NCBI GenBank assembly: GCA_001938485.1
Contig: MQRK01221564.1
Coordinates: forward strand, 1 to 64,000
Direction of reading: 5' to 3'
Origin: Girardia tigrina
Lineage: Eukaryota
Length of the DNA: 64,000 bases
Shown here: positions 63,101 to 64,000 of the stretch, in pieces
How positions within the stretch are numbered: the first letter of the stretch is position 1
Layout: the number at the start of each line of letters is the position of its first letter
Made by a program: the position numbers and the translations under genes
The notes under the pieces: generated by a model
Told to the model about the DNA's origin: nothing
Databases searched by the model: none
Seen by the model: the letters and a program-made list of their open reading frames with translations, nothing else

Positions 63101-63381
63101 ATGACTAAGGACACTTTTATTATTGGATTTTATTTGTTAAAATTGATGTTTTAATATCTATTTGTATATAAATGTGTCAAACATACTACAAAAAACGTGG
63201 TATGCCTTAATACCTGTTATCTTTGAAGTGCTTAAGAGACCTCTAAATATTTATATTATATCGTCAAATTTTTAAATTAATGTTTTATTTTTGAATAAAA
63301 AGATTTTTTAATGGTCAGAGCTTTATACATATTTAAAAAATACAACCTAATTGATAAGAATATTTTAAATATTTTACGAAC

Positions 63382-63769
63382 CTAGTATATCATATTTATT
63401 TGGATTTCTAATATGACTTATTCTGCTGGCCCAAAACCTCGCAACATTTTCGACAATAGTCTTTCCAAATAAATTGTACAATGAAAAATTATACTTTGGT
63501 TCTATCCAAAGCAATTGTTGAACTGCAAAGGATATGTCGGCAGAAACATGTACTTCTTTTTCCGAACAAATTTTAGATGGACTCGTCTCGAATCCTGTTC
63601 GTGCGCTTTCCCATGGATATCGTGAACCTTTGAAACCCGTATCTTTGCTGTGCTGAATCGCGGCTTCCATCATTTGCAAGCGATACTTCATCATTTCAAC
63701 AGCCAAGTTTCTGTGAAATGGTAACACTGACGGATAAATCCAAATGTCCATGTCCCAAAATATGTGACC
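63382..63769 (-). CDS. PGGHG: PGGHG/ATHL1 (GH65 protein-glucosylgalactosylhydroxylysine glucosidase), first exon in window; earlier exons lie beyond 64000
   Basis: tttAG|GGT CAC ATA gives GHIFWDMDIWIYP...YPWESARTG...EVHVSADI...FWASR...YDIL; donor G|GTTCGT, phase 1. Confidence 0.9.
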
Positions 63770-64000
63770 CTAAATGTTTTTGAAACAGAATTACAAAACT
63801 AATTTTTTAAACTGAATAAAAATTTAATTGTATAATTTCTTTGTATAAAAGAATATTGTTTTTATTAATGATAATTTAACAAAATTAAAATAAAAATATT
63901 TATGAAAATTTATTTTATTAAGTTAATCTGAACATTTATCATTATAATTTTTCGGTAGATTTTTATCTTTGATTTATAAATTCTTTTCTTAAAAATTATT

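Noticed and set aside
8316-63769. NAGA and PGGHG as a functional glycosidase cluster
   Set aside because: They are 24 kb apart. The galactose left after PGGHG action is beta-linked and is not a GH27 substrate. Only synteny data could support a link.
1-64000. CRISPR array, operon or other prokaryotic system
   Set aside because: Spliceosomal introns and animal TE families; no regularly spaced repeat-spacer array seen.

Overview
Very AT-rich eukaryotic (animal) genomic DNA that is mostly transposon debris. The composition, a 50-nt intron and the repeat spectrum resemble a triclad flatworm, but this is inference only. Two host genes lie on the minus strand. One is an intronless GH27 alpha-N-acetylgalactosaminidase (8316-9521). 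The other is the 3' six exons of a GH65 PGGHG/ATHL1 gene, spread over about 30 kb (33376-63769); I reconstructed all of its splice phases by hand. The remainder is nested Tc1/mariner/pogo elements, MITEs, Ty3/gypsy and RTE-like LINE remnants, and about 9 Penelope-like elements (PLEs). The most interesting observations are: (1) about 10 minimal hammerhead ribozyme motifs at PLE ends whose helix-III loop varies but mostly stays palindromic, two of them in inverted-pLTR pairs inside a PGGHG intron; (2) about 9 dispersed 0.4-0.5 kb TGTGAGGAATA...GTTCTTAATA elements, several with 5-bp TSDs (solo-LTR-like, non-canonical TG..TA ends); (3) two related cassettes that share a leader and C-terminal module but differ at the N-terminus, one with ankyrin repeats; (4) an unidentified repeat with tandem small ORFs in three copies; (5) a diverged intragenic copy of a PGGHG splice acceptor capped by degenerate TTAGGG repeats. 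No database searches were run; all alignments are by eye, and several N gaps hide element interiors.
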